Shown piece after piece: positions 24,017 through 38,500 of a stretch of DNA of 64,000 nucleotides. A program made the position numbers and the translations under genes. The notes below the pieces were generated by a model, which saw only the letters and a list, made by a program, of their open reading frames with translations, was not told the origin of the DNA and ran no database searches. The first letter of the stretch is position 1, and each line of letters opens with the position of its first letter. This DNA is from Malacoraja senta (taxonomy: Eukaryota). The stretch lies in the NCBI GenBank assembly GCA_038087875.1, contig CM075995.1, positions 8,186,001 to 8,250,000 on the forward strand, written 5' to 3'.

Positions 24017-25822
24017 GAGTGCCCTCCATAATGTTTTGGACAAAGACCCATCATTTATTTATTTGCCTCTGTACTCCACAATTGAACCAACACTGTATCC
24101 ATTTCACACAACGTTCACATAATCAATGACCGAAAAAGGAATAGGCTGAAGCCACAAATCCTATACTATCCATAAGATAAGATAACCCAGAATATCAGTA
24201 TTACAAAGGAAAGAAAAAATAAATAAAATTTACTTTAAATTGTAATCCTTACTTATTTTACATTTTAATCATTTTATATTATAATCCTTAATTATTTTAC
24301 ATTTTAAGGCTTTTTTTAAACTCGACAGAGAGCTACAAAATTTCAACTCATCACTAAGCCCGTTCCATAATTTGACTCCCAAAACTGAGACACATCTATA
24401 TTTTACATTGGTTCTCACTTTGCATGTTTCAAAAATACACAACCCTCTTAATTATAATGTCCTTCTCTTAATTACATTTTTTTTTGAATACTAACAGGAA
24501 GGCTTTTATTCCTAACTCAGAAAAGTATTTCTAATGTCTTTACATGCACAATATCCAAAAGATTTAAGGTACCGGACTTTATGAATAATGGATTTGTAGT
24601 TTCACGGTAAGAAGCTTTATGTATTATTCTAATAGCTCTTTTCTGGAGTTTAATTATACTTGTTTTATATACATTTCCCCAAACTTCAACACAATATGAC
24701 ATATATGGCATTATAAGCGAGCAATACAATATATACAAACACTTCTTATTCAACAGATCCTTTGTTTTGTAAAGAATAGCAATGGATTTAGATAATTTCC
24801 ATTTGATGTATTCTATATGTGGCTTCCAACAAAGTTTATGATCTATAATCACTCCCAGGAATTTTGTTTGATATACTCTTTCAATTTCAACTCCATTTAA
24901 ATTCAATTTTATTTCACAATTAACCCTGTCACCACCAAACACCATAAATTTTGTTTTATTTTCTCTAAATGAGATAATTTATTAATATCAAACCATTTTT
25001 TAGCACTATCAATTCTCTTTCTGCTGTTTTCAATAGTTCTTTTATATCATTCCCTGAACAAAATACATTTGTATCATCCGCAAACGTAACAAACTTCAAC
25101 GTATTGGATACTGTACAAATATCATTTAAATAAAGTATAAATAACTTAGGTCCCAGTACCGAACCTTGTGGAACACCACATGTTACTCTTCTAAGCTGTG
25201 ATTCAGTATTATTAATTTTTACATACTGAAACCTATTACTTAAATAACATTGATTGGGGACGATCAGCCATGGTCACAATGAATGGCGGTGCTGGCTCAA
25301 AATCTGCTAAAGTTCAAATTAATGCCTCAAAACTCATTGTTCAATCTACAGCTAGACAATGATCCCAAACATACTGCTAAAGCAACAAAGGAGTTTTTCA
25401 AAGCTACAAAAATGGTCAATTCTTGAGTGGCCAAGACAATCACCCGATCTGAACCCAAATGAACATGCCTTTTATATGCTGAAGAGAAACTGAAGGGGAC
25501 TAGCCCCCAAAACAAGCATAAGCTAAAGATGGCTGTATTGTATGCAAAGGATATGCAACAAAATACTAAACATGACTACTTTCATTTACATGACATTGCT
25601 GTGTCCCAAACATTATGGTGCCCCTGAAATGGGGACATTATGTATAAACACTGCTGTAATTTCTACATGGTGAAACCAAAATGTGTAAAAATGGCCATTA
25701 ATAAAATCTGACAATGTGCACTTTAACCACATGTGATTTTAAATTACAAATCTCAAAATGTGGAGTACAGAGGCAAATAAATAAATGATGGGTCTTTGTC
25801 CCAAACATTATGGAGGGCACTG
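24017..25822 (+). mobile_element. Tc1/mariner remnant with both TIRs and a nested LINE
   Basis: TIRs agtgccctccataatgttttggacaaagacccatc.. (24018) and ..gatgggtctttgtcccaaacattatggagggcactg|TA (25822). Transposase remnant DNDPKHTAK..WPRQSPDLNPNEH at ~25350-25470. Confidence 0.88.
24085..25250 (-). mobile_element. AT-rich L2/Crack-like LINE RT fragment nested in the Tc1
   Basis: CGVPQGSVLGPKLFILYLND..FADDTN, KFLGVIID, LYCSLIMPYMSYCVEVWG, LQKRAIRII. Mirror ~26340-27495. Confidence 0.8.
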
Positions 25823-25900
25823 TATTTACGTTCACTTATGTCTGATCTGTCTGCGTAGCGCACACAGCAAAACGTTTCACTGCTACTCACTACATCTGAC

Positions 25901-26100
25901 NNNNNNNNNNNNNNNNNNNNNNNNNNNNNNNNNNNNNNNNNNNNNNNNNNNNNNNNNNNNNNNNNNNNNNNNNNNNNNNNNNNNNNNNNNNNNNNNNNNN
26001 NNNNNNNNNNNNNNNNNNNNNNNNNNNNNNNNNNNNNNNNNNNNNNNNNNNNNNNNNNNNNNNNNNNNNNNNNNNNNNNNNNNNNNNNNNNNNNNNNNNN
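25901..26100. other. Assembly gap (200 N)
   Basis: Run of exactly 200 N, probably a placeholder of unknown true size. Confidence 0.99.
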
Positions 26101-27611
26101 TTTTCTCTTCAGCATATAAAAGGCATGTTCATTTGGGTTCAGATCGGGTGATTGTCTTGGCCACTCAAGAATTGACCATTTTTGTAGCTTTGAAAAACTC
26201 CTTTGTTGCTTTAGCAGTATGTTGGGATCATTGTCTAGCTGTAGATTGAACAATGAGTTTTGAGGCATTAATTTGAACTTTAGCAGATTTTGAGCCAGCA
26301 CCGCCATTCATTGTGACCATGGCTGATCGTCCCCAATCAATGTTATTTAAGTAATAGGTTGTCAGTATGTAAAAATTAATAATACTGAATCACAGCTTAG
26401 AAGAGTAACATGTGGTGTTCCACAAGGTTCGGTACTGGGACCTAAGTTACTTATACTTTATTTAAATGATATTTGTACAGTATCCAATACGTTGAAGTTT
26501 GTTACGTTTGCGGATGATACAATGTATTTTGTTCAGGGAATGATATAAAAGAACTATTGAAAACAGCAGAAAGAGAATTGATAGTGCTAAAAATGGTTGA
26601 TATTAATAATTATCTCATTAGAGAAAACAAAACAAAATTTATGGTGTTTGGTGGTGACAGGGTTAATTGTGAAATAAAATTGAATTTAAATGGAGTTGAA
26701 ATTGAAAGAGTATATCAAACAAAATTCCTGGGAGTGATTATAGATCATAAACTTTGTTGGAAGCCACATATAGAATACATCAAATGGAAATTATCTAAAT
26801 CCATTGCTATTCTTTACAAACAAAGGATCTGTTGAATAAGAAGTGTTTGTATATATTGTATTGCTCGCTTATAATGCCATATATGTCATATTGTGTTGAA
26901 GTTTGGGGAAATGTATATAAAACAAGTATAATTAAACTCCAGAAAAGAGCTATTAGAATAATACATAAGCTCTTACCGTGAAACTACAAATCCATTATTC
27001 ATAAAGTCCGGTACCTTAAATCTTTTGGATATTGTGCATGTAAAGACATTAGAAATACTTTTCCGAGTTAGAATAAAAGCCTTCCTGTTAGTATTCAAAA
27101 AAAAATGTAATTAAGAGAAGGACATTATAATTAAGAGGGTTGTGTATTTTTGAAACATGCAAAGTGAGAACCAATGTAAAATATAGATGTGTCTCAGTTT
27201 TGGGAGTCAAATTATGGAACGGGCTTAGTGATGAGTTGAAATTTTGTAGCTCTCTGTCGAGTTTAAAAAAAGCCTTAAAATGTAAAATAATGAAGGATTA
27301 TAATATAAAATGATTAAAATGTAAATAAGTAAGGATTACAATTTAAAGTAAATTTTATTTATTTTTTCTTTCCTTTGTAATACTGATATTCTGGGTTATC
27401 TTATCTTATGGATAGTATAGGATTTGTGGCTTCAGCCTAATTCCTTTTTCGGTCATTGATTATGTGAACGTTGTGTGAAATGGATACAGTGTTGGTTCAA
27501 TTGTGGATTACAGAGGCAAATAAATAAATGATGGGTCTTTGTCAAAACATTATGGAGGGCACTCATATTGTTCATTGCTGTGGAGAGAGGGGGAGAGGAT
27601 GGTGTGAATAT

Positions 27612-27653
<42 letters not shown>

Positions 27654-27975
27654 AGATGGTGTGAATGTGAGAGAGTGAGGAGAGAGAGAGACAGTCATAG
27701 AGGAAATACATTGTGGGAAACAGGCCCTTCGGCCCAACTCGCCCACACTGGCCAACACTGTCCCAGATACCTTAGTCCCACTTGCCTGCGCTTGGTCCAT
27801 AACCCTCCAAACCTGTCCCTATCCATGTACCTGTCCAACTGTTTCTTAAACGATGGGATAGTCCCAGCCTCAACTACCTCCTTGTGGCAGTTTGTTCCAA
27901 AAACCCACCACCCTCTGTGTGAAAAAGTTACCCCTCGGATTCCTATTAAATCTTATCCCCTTCACCTTGAACCTA

Positions 27976-28166
27976 CAGTGCATTCAGAAAGTATTTCAGA
28001 GCCCTTTACTTTTTCCACATTTTGTTACGTTAGAGCCTTATTCTAAAATGGATTAAATTCATTTTTTTAATCATCAATCTACACACAATACCCCATAATA
28101 AAAAAGTGAAAACAGGTGGTTAGAAATTTTTGCAAAGTAATTAAGAAATAACTGAAATATCACATT
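27976..28166 (+). mobile_element. Left end of a second Tc1 family (right arm only)
   Basis: TA|cagtgcattcagaaagtatttcagagccc..ccacattttgttacgtt, typical of fish/amphibian Tc1 termini. Confidence 0.7.
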
Positions 28167-28679
28167 TTCCTCCGTCCTATTGTCTTTTCTCCTCGGTAAA
28201 TACTCATTGAGACCTTGCCCATCTCCTGTGGTTCCACACAGAGGTGACCACTTTGATTCCTGAGAGGTCCCACTCTCTAGTTACCCTTTTTCCCCTTATG
28301 TATTTATAACATCATTAGAGGGCAGAGGATGGTGTGAATGTGAGCGTAGGGGAGTGCAGTGCGGGGCAACGTGAGTGTGGAGGAGAGAGGAGGTGTAGAG
28401 AGCGCAGAGGGAAGGGAGGAGAGGGATTTGTAGCAGAGGACTGAGAGGCTAGGATTCTCTCTTCTCTTCCTCACTCTCTTTATCTCTATCTCTCCCTATA
28501 TCTCGCTCTTTCGCTCTCTCTCTCTCCCTCTCTGTCCCTCTCTTTCCGTCTCCTCTCTTCTCACTCTCTCTCTTCACTCTTTCTCCCACTCTCTCTCCCT
28601 CTCCCTCTCTCTCTCTCTCTCCCTCCCCCCCTCTCTCTCTCACTTTCTCTCCCTCTCCTCTCTCCCTCTCTCTCTCTCC

Positions 28680-28711
<32 letters not shown>

Positions 28712-31700
28712 TTCTCACTCTCTTTCTCTCTTTCCCTTTCTCTCTCTCTCTCTCGCTCTCTCTCCCCCTCTGCCTCTCTCACTCTCCCTCTCTCCTTCTC
28801 TCCCTCTCCCTCTCTCCCTCTCTCCTTCTCTCCCTCTCTCCTTCTCTCCCTCTCTCTCTCTCTCTTTCTCGCTCTCTTTCTCTTTCTCTCTCTCTCTCTC
28901 TCACTCCCTCTATCCCCCTCCCCTCCCCACTCCTGTCCTCTCCTCGACTCCCATCCCCTCCCCTCACTCCCTTCTCCTGTCCTCCCCTCCCCTCCCCCAC
29001 CCCTCCCCTCCCCACCCTCCCCTCCCCACCCCTCCCCTCCCCTCCCCTCCCATTGCCGTGTTTCTTCACATTGTGTGATTGGCTTTCCATCATGGCCTGA
29101 ATAAAAAACACGGTTAAATTGACGTGGCCTCAAGCCTCCCCTCTGTTCACACTCGCTCTTGCAACGCTCACCGGCACACTCACTGGCGCACTATCAACTG
29201 GCACATCCACTGCCGCACACCCACCGACACACCGATGCACGCTCATGTGCCCGCTCACTAATACTCATTGACACACCAATGCACACTGATACACACATTG
29301 ACACACCAGTTCACACTGATACACACTCGTTGACACACCCGTGCACAATCGCTGGCATGCACACTCATTGGCACACTGATCCGCACTGATACACATCGTT
29401 GACACACCAGTGCACAACACTGGCACAGACAGTCATTGACACCAGCACACACCCATTAACACACTCTCACCAATGCACACGGATACACACTTCAACACAC
29501 CAACGCACAATCACACACCAATGCACCACCTGTGACCACATACACACTCACCAATGCACACTGGCACACATTGGCGCGTCAGTGCACAAGGACTGATTCA
29601 CACTTAAACACACTCGCAATCACTGACACACAAATAGTGATACACCAACACAACCCGCTAGTGCACACTCACCAATACATGCCGATACACGCTTATTTGC
29701 ACAATCAGTGATACATTGATACATACGTTTGCATGCCAATGCACAATCACGGGTGGACACTCATCGACACACCAGTGCACACTCAATGATGTGCAAATAC
29801 ACACCCACTGCTACACACCAATGCACAGGCACCAGGACACGCATTTGCACACTCAGACACACTGACGCAGACTGACTCACGGGAGGGAGGGAATGGGGGA
29901 GGGCGGGTGCACACTAACTGGTTTCCAGTATTCCTGTACTCACACACGTACTCACTGGATCAGTGAGTGTGCAAGGGTGAGCGTGCACCGTTGCCGACGT
30001 AGTGGTGAGCAGACGTGGCAGAGTGCCGGGCCAGTGTGAAAACCCTGCGTCCGCATCGCTGCCTTTGCACCAGTGTGTGCCACGGGGGCAGCATGCGGCG
30101 TCGCTGAGTACGTGTGTGCATCGGAGCTTTGAATTGGTGCGTCTGCAACCATGCACCGGAGCATTGTAATGTCGAGCATGCACAGCTGCCCTGCACCAGC
30201 AACCGTGCACTGTTGTCTGAATACATCGAAGAACACGCACCGCTTTGCATTCGATGTCGGTGTGGGCGCTGCGAGTTCGGCTGCCCTGCCAGCAGCATGT
30301 TCGTTATTTCTACTTTTTTTTTTTTTGTGTGTCTAGTGTTAGTTTGGGTGTCTCTCAGTGTGTCTTGTGTGGGGGGTGGTGGGGAGGGGAAAGGGGGAAC
30401 CGTTTTTGGCCGCCTCCTCAACGGAGAGGCGACTTTTTCCATGTCGCCTCCCTTGCGGCCAAACAGCTTGGATTGGAGCGGCCTTTCCCAGAGTCGGGCC
30501 CAGAGGATCGGCAGTAGGCGCAACGTGGACTCTCCATCGCGGAGTGAAGAATGTTGTGGTCGATGTTTGTGTTAAATCTTATTGTGTGTTCTTTCTAAGT
30601 GTATCGCTGCTGGCAAATTCATTTCACTGCACCTTCGGGTGCATGTGACGAATAAAATTGACTTTGACTTTGCGCGTGCGTACATGACAGTGCAACGGCG
30701 CATTACCATGCCCAGCATGCTGTTTGTGGAAGGCAGCGGTCTCCGCAGCATCAAAGATGGCGGCATCCAGAAAGGGTATGCCAGCATCAAAGATGGCTGC
30801 CTCCGGTTAGGCTAGGCCAGTGTGCTCTGCTTCAATGTCTCTCAATCTTTATCAGAGTTGGGCCACTTATTGTTTTGTCCATCTTTTTCATAATGACTAA
30901 ACACTTCCACCTTTGTGATATTAGTCATTGAAGCCTTTCTGCCACTAAAACCTCTGTCAGTTCCTGAAAAAATAGTTGGTTATTGCAATATTTTGTATCT
31001 CATAAAGACGGTGAAATGCATGAAGAGTTTCTTGGCACATTGCATTACAGTGAATGTACAGTGACTGGAGAATGGAGTGTTTGTGGGCACAACAAATAAA
31101 TTAACTTCATAAATCAAAGATATGTATCTCCAAAGAGTCAATGATGATATAGTTAAAATTAATAAATAGATTTATAAATCATGAAATTACTGTATTTTAA
31201 TTTTCTTGGCTGGTTTCCTGTTTGGTAACCCATTGACTTTAACTTATCCAAAACTCTGCTGCCGGTAATTTATCTTACATTAAGAGAGTTGATATCTTAT
31301 CCTTGACATTCAAAAGTGTTACTATTATTGAGGCATGCACCCTCAGGATCTTTGGGTGAACCGATGTAGCCACTCAGATAGGCTCATTGTAAAAATACTG
31401 AGATTTTCTGAATAGTTCTGAAACTGTATCTTGAGGCTGACTCGTTTTGTGATATTCTAACAGCTTTTGAGTAGTGTTGATATTGGTTTATTATTGTCAA
31501 ATATCACGTGTCAGATACAGAGGAAAATCTTTCTTTTGCATGTTATGCAGGCAAATTATACCATACATGAGTACCTCGTGTAGTGTAAAGGAGAAAATAA
31601 ACAGAGTGCAAAATGTAGTGTTGCAACCTTTAGAAAGTATAGATTAAAAAAGTGCACGGGCCAAAATGAGCTAGATTGGAAGATCAGTACGTCAAGCACA

Positions 31701-34700
31701 GCATATGAGTTGTCTATTCAAGTGCCTGATAACAGTATGATAGAATCTATTTAGGCCAAATCACTACAGCCATAATGATGTTTTCAACTAATTACTTTAA
31801 TATTTACAAAAATCACAGGTTTAAATTAATGTGTCACATTATGTAATCAAATATATTGAAATTTAAAATGCAAAGGAAGTTGTCTCTGACGAAAAGGAAT
31901 GCAAATACGACCCACTGATTGCAAATCTATAGCTCTACAAGGGAGAAAACATTGCGGTCATGTGTCTTGAATTTAGAGTAATAATTAATACCAATATTTT
32001 CTCCTGAAATTAGAAAGTCTGAAGAAGGGTCTCAACCTGAAACGTCACCCATTCCTTCTCTCCAGAGATACTGCCTGTCCTGCTGAGTTACTCCAGCATT
32101 TCCTCCCACACTACAAAGACGTACAGGTTTGTAGGTTAATTGGCTTGGTGTAAAATTGTCCGCCGTGTGTGTAGGGTAGTGTTAGTGTGCGGGGATCGCT
32201 GGTCGGCGCGGACTTGGTGGAACGAAGTGCCTGTTTCTCTAAAGTAACTGAACTAAACTAAACTAATGCAGGGATCAGAGCAAGAGGCCATTTTCCTAGT
32301 TACATCTTCAAATAGACCCTTCAGCCCACCAGGTCGGCCCTGACCAGCGATCCCCGCACACTAACACTATCCTACAGCCGCTAGGGGCAATTTACAATTT
32401 TACTAAAGGCAATTAACCTACAAACTTGTACGTTTTGGAGTGCGGGAGGAAACCGGAGCTCCAGGAGAAAACCCACGCAGGTCACGGGGAGAACGTACAA
32501 ACTCCGTACAATCAGCGCCTGTAGTCAGGATCGAACCCGGATCTCTGGTGATGAAGAATAGTAGATTCTGGTGATTAGTAATGCCCCAGCCTTCCTCAGC
32601 ATTGAAGATCGTTAACTGGTAATCCTTTCAGCTGCAGGGTCTGAAGATTCATTGCTCACAGATTCATTTCCTACCAGACAAAGTCACTTGGCTGGAATTC
32701 AGCTCCTAAGGAAGTATTTACATCCGAGTCATGCTTATTTCAATCATTAGTCATTTTCTGCTAAAATCCACCATGCGAAGAACAGGGCTTATCACCATGA
32801 AGACACAAAGTGCTGGAGTAACTCAGGGGGTCAGGCAGCAACTCAGGAGAATGTGGATAGGTAACGTTTCAGGTTGGGATCCTTCTACAGACTCTAAACC
32901 AGAGATGCCGCCTGACCCTCTGAGTTTCTCATAAGTTCATGTTCATAAGTGATAGCAGATGTAGGCCATTCGGCCCATTGAGTCTACTCTGCCATTCAAC
33001 CATGGCTGATCTATCTTTCCCTCTCAACTTCCTGAGTTGTAAAACTTCCTCTCCCCATCTGGAAAACTGAGCCCAATTTTTTTTTTTGACACTGATGCAA
33101 TTAGGAAATACTAGCTCATGTCAACATTTAAATTCTTCGCGGAACAAAGATTTGTCATTTATGTTACACAATAAAGTACATTTTGAATTTGTGTTTATTG
33201 TGATATTTTAGTGATACAGCAGGGAAACAGACCCGGGGGGTCACGCTGTGGGCGGTCACGGTGGCGCAGCGGTAGAGTTGCTGCCTTACAGCGAATGCAG
33301 TGCCGGTGACCCGGGTTCCATCCCGACTACGGGTGCCGTCTGTACGGAGTTTGTACGTTCTCCCCGTGACCTGCGTGGGTTTTCTCCGAGATGTTCGGTT
33401 TCCTCCCACACTCCAAAGACGTACAGGTTTGTAGGTTAATTGGCTTGGTATAAATGTAAAATAAACAATTGTCCCTAGTGGGTGTAGGATAGTGTTAATG
33501 TGCGGGGATCGATGGTCGGCGCGGACCCAGTGGGCCGAAGGGCCTGTTTCCGTGCTGTATCTCTAAACCCTTCGGCCCAGCGAGTTCACGCCAACCAGCG
33601 ATCACCTTCTACACGACACACACTAAGGACAATTTGCAATTTTACAGAGGCCAGTTAACCTGCAAATCTGTAGGAAACCGGAGCACCCGGAGAAAACCCA
33701 TGCTTTCACAGGTAGAACGCACAAACTCCGTACAGACAGCAGCCTTGGTCAGGATCAAACCTAGGTCTCTGGCGCTGTAGGGCAGCAATTCTACCGTTGT
33801 GCCACTGTGCCGCCATCTAAGTTCGTCCCATTTGCCTGCGTGTGATCCATGTCCCGCTAAAGGTCATAATGGATAGGAGTAGAATTAGGCCATTCAGCCC
33901 ATCAAGTCTACTCCGCCATTCAATCATGGCTGACACATCTCTCTCTCCTAACCCCATTCTCCTGCCTCCTCCCTAAACCTTTCATATCTGCGAACTTGTT
34001 CAAATGTTTGTTAAATATTGTTATTGTTGCTGCTTTAACCACTTCCTCTGGCATCTCATTCCATCTACCCGCCATCCTCTGTGTGAAAAAAATTGCCCCT
34101 GAAGAGGTTGACGTGTTGTACAAACGCCAGGTTTAATATTTAAACGATACAACTCAACAATTAGTACAAAAGAGCAAGGTGTGTGTCAACATGTTGACTG
34201 TGAAGTGAAGACTATCCCCGTTGTCCGCTGCACCCCTCCAGCTGTTCACCCGTTGATTGGTCGGCCCAGATCACGCAGGTCCACGCGAGTGCTTGAGCTC
34301 GAGCTCGACGATCGATGATTCGAGACCAAAGTGGCTCGGCCCGTCACACCCCTCAGTTTCCCTTCTCTCAAATTAAATCTTTCCCCTTACCCGAATAGAT
34401 CGGGTAGACACACAGAGTCTTTTACCCAGAGTAGGGGAATCGAGGACCTGAGCTCGTAGGTTTGAGTTGAGGGGGGATAGATTTAATAGGAAGCTGAGGG
34501 GTAACTGTTTTAAACAAAGGGTGGTGGGTGTCAGGAACCAGCTGCCAGAGGAGGTAGTTGAGGCTGGGACTATCCCAACGTTTAAGAAACATTTAGACAA
34601 GCCCATGGATAGGACAGGTTTAGAGGAATATTGGCCAAACGCAGGCAGGTGCGACAAGTGTAGCTGGGACATGGTGGTCGGCCGTGGGCAAGTTGGGCTG

Positions 34701-35395
34701 AAGGGCCTGTTTCCACACTGTATCACTCTATGACTTCTCAAACTAACGCCCTCTAATTCTTGATTGCCCTACTCTGGTTAGAAAGACACTATGCCTTCAC
34801 CCTATCTATTCCCCTCATGAATTTATACACCTCTATAAGATCATCCCTCAGCCTCCTGCATGGCAGTGAAAAGCTTTTTGTTACGAGCTATCCAGTCAAC
34901 GAAGAGACTACACAGTGTACAGATAAAGGATATCACATTAAGTCTGATAAAGACCGGCTAAAGGTAGTTCAAAGGTCTCCAGTGGGTTAGATGAGAGAGC
35001 AGGACCGCACTCTAGTGGTGAAGGATGGTTCAGGTGTCTGATAACTGTTCCTGAATCTGCAGGTATGTGTTTTAAACAGTGTTGCAGTGCTAATTGTTCT
35101 CAACGGGGGAGTCATTTCAGGTTTTGCTGAGGGGGGAGGGGGGGAAAGGCACAAGCTAGTCTCCCAAGAGGGTCAAACAAGATTATAGCCTATCACTACA
35201 TCCCAGTGTATAACTAGTACAATAAAACATAATACTTAATTTAATAATATGACAAAATATTGCACGGTTGCACTCACTAATTATCATGAAATATAATTAT
35301 CAAGCAAGTCAAGAAAAAGACGGTGATCTTGTATTTTTACAGAGGTGCCGGCCCAGAAACAACCCGCCCTGACTCTCCCGTAGCTCTGGGCCTTC

Positions 35396-35590
35396 ACACA
35401 CACACACACTCACACAAACAAACACACACACACACACACACACTCACACAAACACACACACCCACACACTTACACACACAAACTCACACACAGACACACA
35501 CACACACAGACACACTCACAGACACACACACACTCACACACGCACTCACACATCCACTCACACACACACCCACACTCACACACACTCACC
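35396..35590. repeat. Imperfect (CA)n tract abutting the Gypsy LTR
   Basis: ~195 bp here versus ~35 bp in the mirror (16828-16863). Confidence 0.92.
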
Positions 35591-38500
35591 TGTAGCATTG
35601 GCTATAGCATGTTAGCCAATTAGAGTGCTTAGTAATTATAACCCCGCCTAATTGTAACATTCATAGTGTAAGATCCTGCCCACTGCTTGCCAGTCGGAGT
35701 AGCAGTGTGAACGTATGATGACCTGCTGTGTAGTTGATGACCTGAACAATAAAGATGCTTGTGTTTCAACCCGTGTGAGTTTGTGCTCTTTACATGGTGT
35801 CAGATTGGGTCTGCCCCGCCTCTGTTTATCGCGATTTATTTCGTTTACCAGTTTTTATTTGCGCGTTTTTTTGTGATGTGGAAATATGGCTAGCTCTTGT
35901 CGAAAGCCTAGTTTGATTCTGATATCGCCGAGCGATGGAAAATGTTTGAGAAGGATTACTCTCATATACTCATCGTTCACCGCAACGATCCCGACGATTT
36001 GAAGGCTTCGCTACTGTTGAATTTATCGGGTTCCGGAGGCTATGATCCACGCTGACTCGTTTGAATTTGCACCTGCCCAACTGGATGCGAATGGGCAGGT
36101 ACTGGTGCCAGCAGAATCTATAGATAACTCGATGGTGTTGCTGAGAAAGTTCAGAGAACTGTGTGACCTGCCGTCTAATAGAATCCTTGAGAGGACAAGA
36201 TTTTTTGCCCGAGTGCAACAGCCTGATGAACCTGTGGAACGATTCATCAGCGACCTGAGACATCAGTTTTTGATGCAGATTTGGTGAGATAACAAATGAG
36301 CTTGTCAGAGATAAAATTGTGGGAGGAATGAGCGACCGAAAGCTGCGAACTGAACTATTACAGAATGCAGACCTGACTTTAGATCAGGCTATTCATGCTT
36401 GTCGGATGGCTGAGACTGTGGCACCACTGGCTGATTATGATAGCGCGAATGCTAATCAACAGCTAAATGTGAATATGGCTAGTTACTCTCCGCAAGGATT
36501 TCTCAATGCATCCAGCAAGGTTCTAGGGGCGCTGCAGTGGCGGCAGCCTCTGCCTACAGCCTGTTCGTCTTTTCAATCTTTTTTTTAATTTTTAGTTAGT
36601 TTAAAGTCTGTTTTGGGGGGGAACTTTAACTTTTCTATGTGGGGGAGGGGGGCAGGGTAAGGGGGAAACTGTTTCCCAGTTGCTTCCTGGCGGGGACACG
36701 ACTATTTCTCCGAGTCGCGTCCTCGCCCCCCTCCTCGCGGTCTACCACCACTGGATCGGAGCGGCTTTTCCTGCCGGGGACCGGGAACCGGACCAGAGCT
36801 GCAACAGCGGCGGCGCAGCGCTGGATTCACCGCGGAGCGGGCGATACCTACCTGGGTCACCGTTTGGAACTCCGGAGCGTTGGGCCGCTGCTCCAACATC
36901 GTGGAGCTGCGGTTTGGGAGAGCTCCCAACGCGGCCGGCGCTGACCGTCATCGTGGAGTCCTGGGGCCCTTTGCCAAGTGCCGCCAGTGTTGCATCACCG
37001 CCCAGTGCGGCCAGCGGACTTTGGGAGCTGCGGACTCTGGTAGGAGGTGGCCGACTGATGTCCAGGCCGCTGAGCATGTCCCCCAGCCCCGACGTCGGAC
37101 TTACATCACCCCGGCGAGCGGGCCTGAACATCGGGCCCCCATAGTGGCGACTGCGGAAGGCGATGACTGACTTTGGTGCCTTCCCTCACAGTGGGAAACT
37201 TTGATTCTGCTGTGTGGGGATGTTTTATGTTGAATTCTATCAACACTATGTTGTGTTCTTTATTTTTACTGTATGGCTGTATGGTCATTACATTTCACTG
37301 TGCCAACAGGCACATGTGACAAATAAATGTATCTTGTATCTTGTATCTTGTTCAGAACATGCCTAATACGAGGTGCACAAACTGTAACTATTTCCACCCA
37401 GGGGGGGGGGCACCAATTTTGCATAGCCCATGGGAAAGTATGTCATAATTGCAAAAAACCCAACCACTTTGCAAATTGTTGTTGATCTAGTGGGAGTACA
37501 GCTCCACGGACGAAGCTGCACCTGATTCAACAAGACCCGTCAGATTCAGATTCCCATGAACAAGACGAATCTTCCCACGGGAACGACTCTGATAGCTCAG
37601 ACACTGAGCCTACCGTACTTTCCCTAAACCTGCGCACCACAGGCAAAGTGACTGATCCTGCTGTGACCATGATAATCAATAACAAACTGCTGATCGCCAA
37701 GGTCGATACCGGTGCCCGCGTGAACGTCATGTTACTCAAAGTGTTCAACAAGATAAGAACCACTGAGCGCATGAGAAAAGACTCCTCCACTGTACATGCT
37801 TACAGAGGGGAAATTCTTCACCCACTGGGCAAAGCCGATTTCAAGTGTACCATCAATGAACAGACCAAGGACTTGCTATTTTACATCGTTCAGCCAAGTT
37901 CTGAAACCCTGCTAGGCATCAATGCATGCTATGACCTGGGTTTGGTCTATTTCGGGCATGCTGTTCACAAACTCTTTGACAGAGGGACCACCCAAACAGG
38001 TGCTATCCAACTACAAAGATTTGTTTGACAACCAACTCGGTAAACTACCTACAATATACAAGATCATTGTCGACCATACGTGCCCCTCACCGCGTCCCGC
38101 ATGGTACGGGCCAGCAAGTACACGATGAACTTAAACGTATGGTCTTCATTGGGGTCCTCGCCGAAGTCAGCGAGCCCTCCGATTGGGTTTCCACCATGGT
38201 TGTCACCACAAAGAAAGACAAGAAGGAGTTACTCATCTGCATCAATCCTATAGATTTGAATACAGCAATCAAATGGCAACACTATCCTATGAGGACCATC
38301 GAAGACGTCACAGCACAAATCGGTAACGCAACGGTTTTCTCAGTCCTGGATGCCAAAAACTCATTCTGGCAAATCCCGTTAGACCGTGCCTCATCGGCAT
38401 TAACAACATTCGCCACCCCGTTCGGACGCTACCGGTTTGTAAGAATGCCCTTTGGCATCAACTCTGCCAGCGAAGTCTTCCAGCGTGCAATGGAACAACT

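Larger units (their letters stand above)
1..25489 (+). repeat. Left arm of giant inverted duplication (runs off the window start)
   Basis: Position 1 (ttttccccgagatcttcgg) is the reverse complement of ~47211-47229; ~25470-25489 is the reverse complement of the sequence just after 26101. ORF track is mirrored, e.g. 277..732+ vs 46498..46953-, 8586..9230- vs 38025..38669+, 17530..17898+ vs 34373..34741-. Confidence 0.97.
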
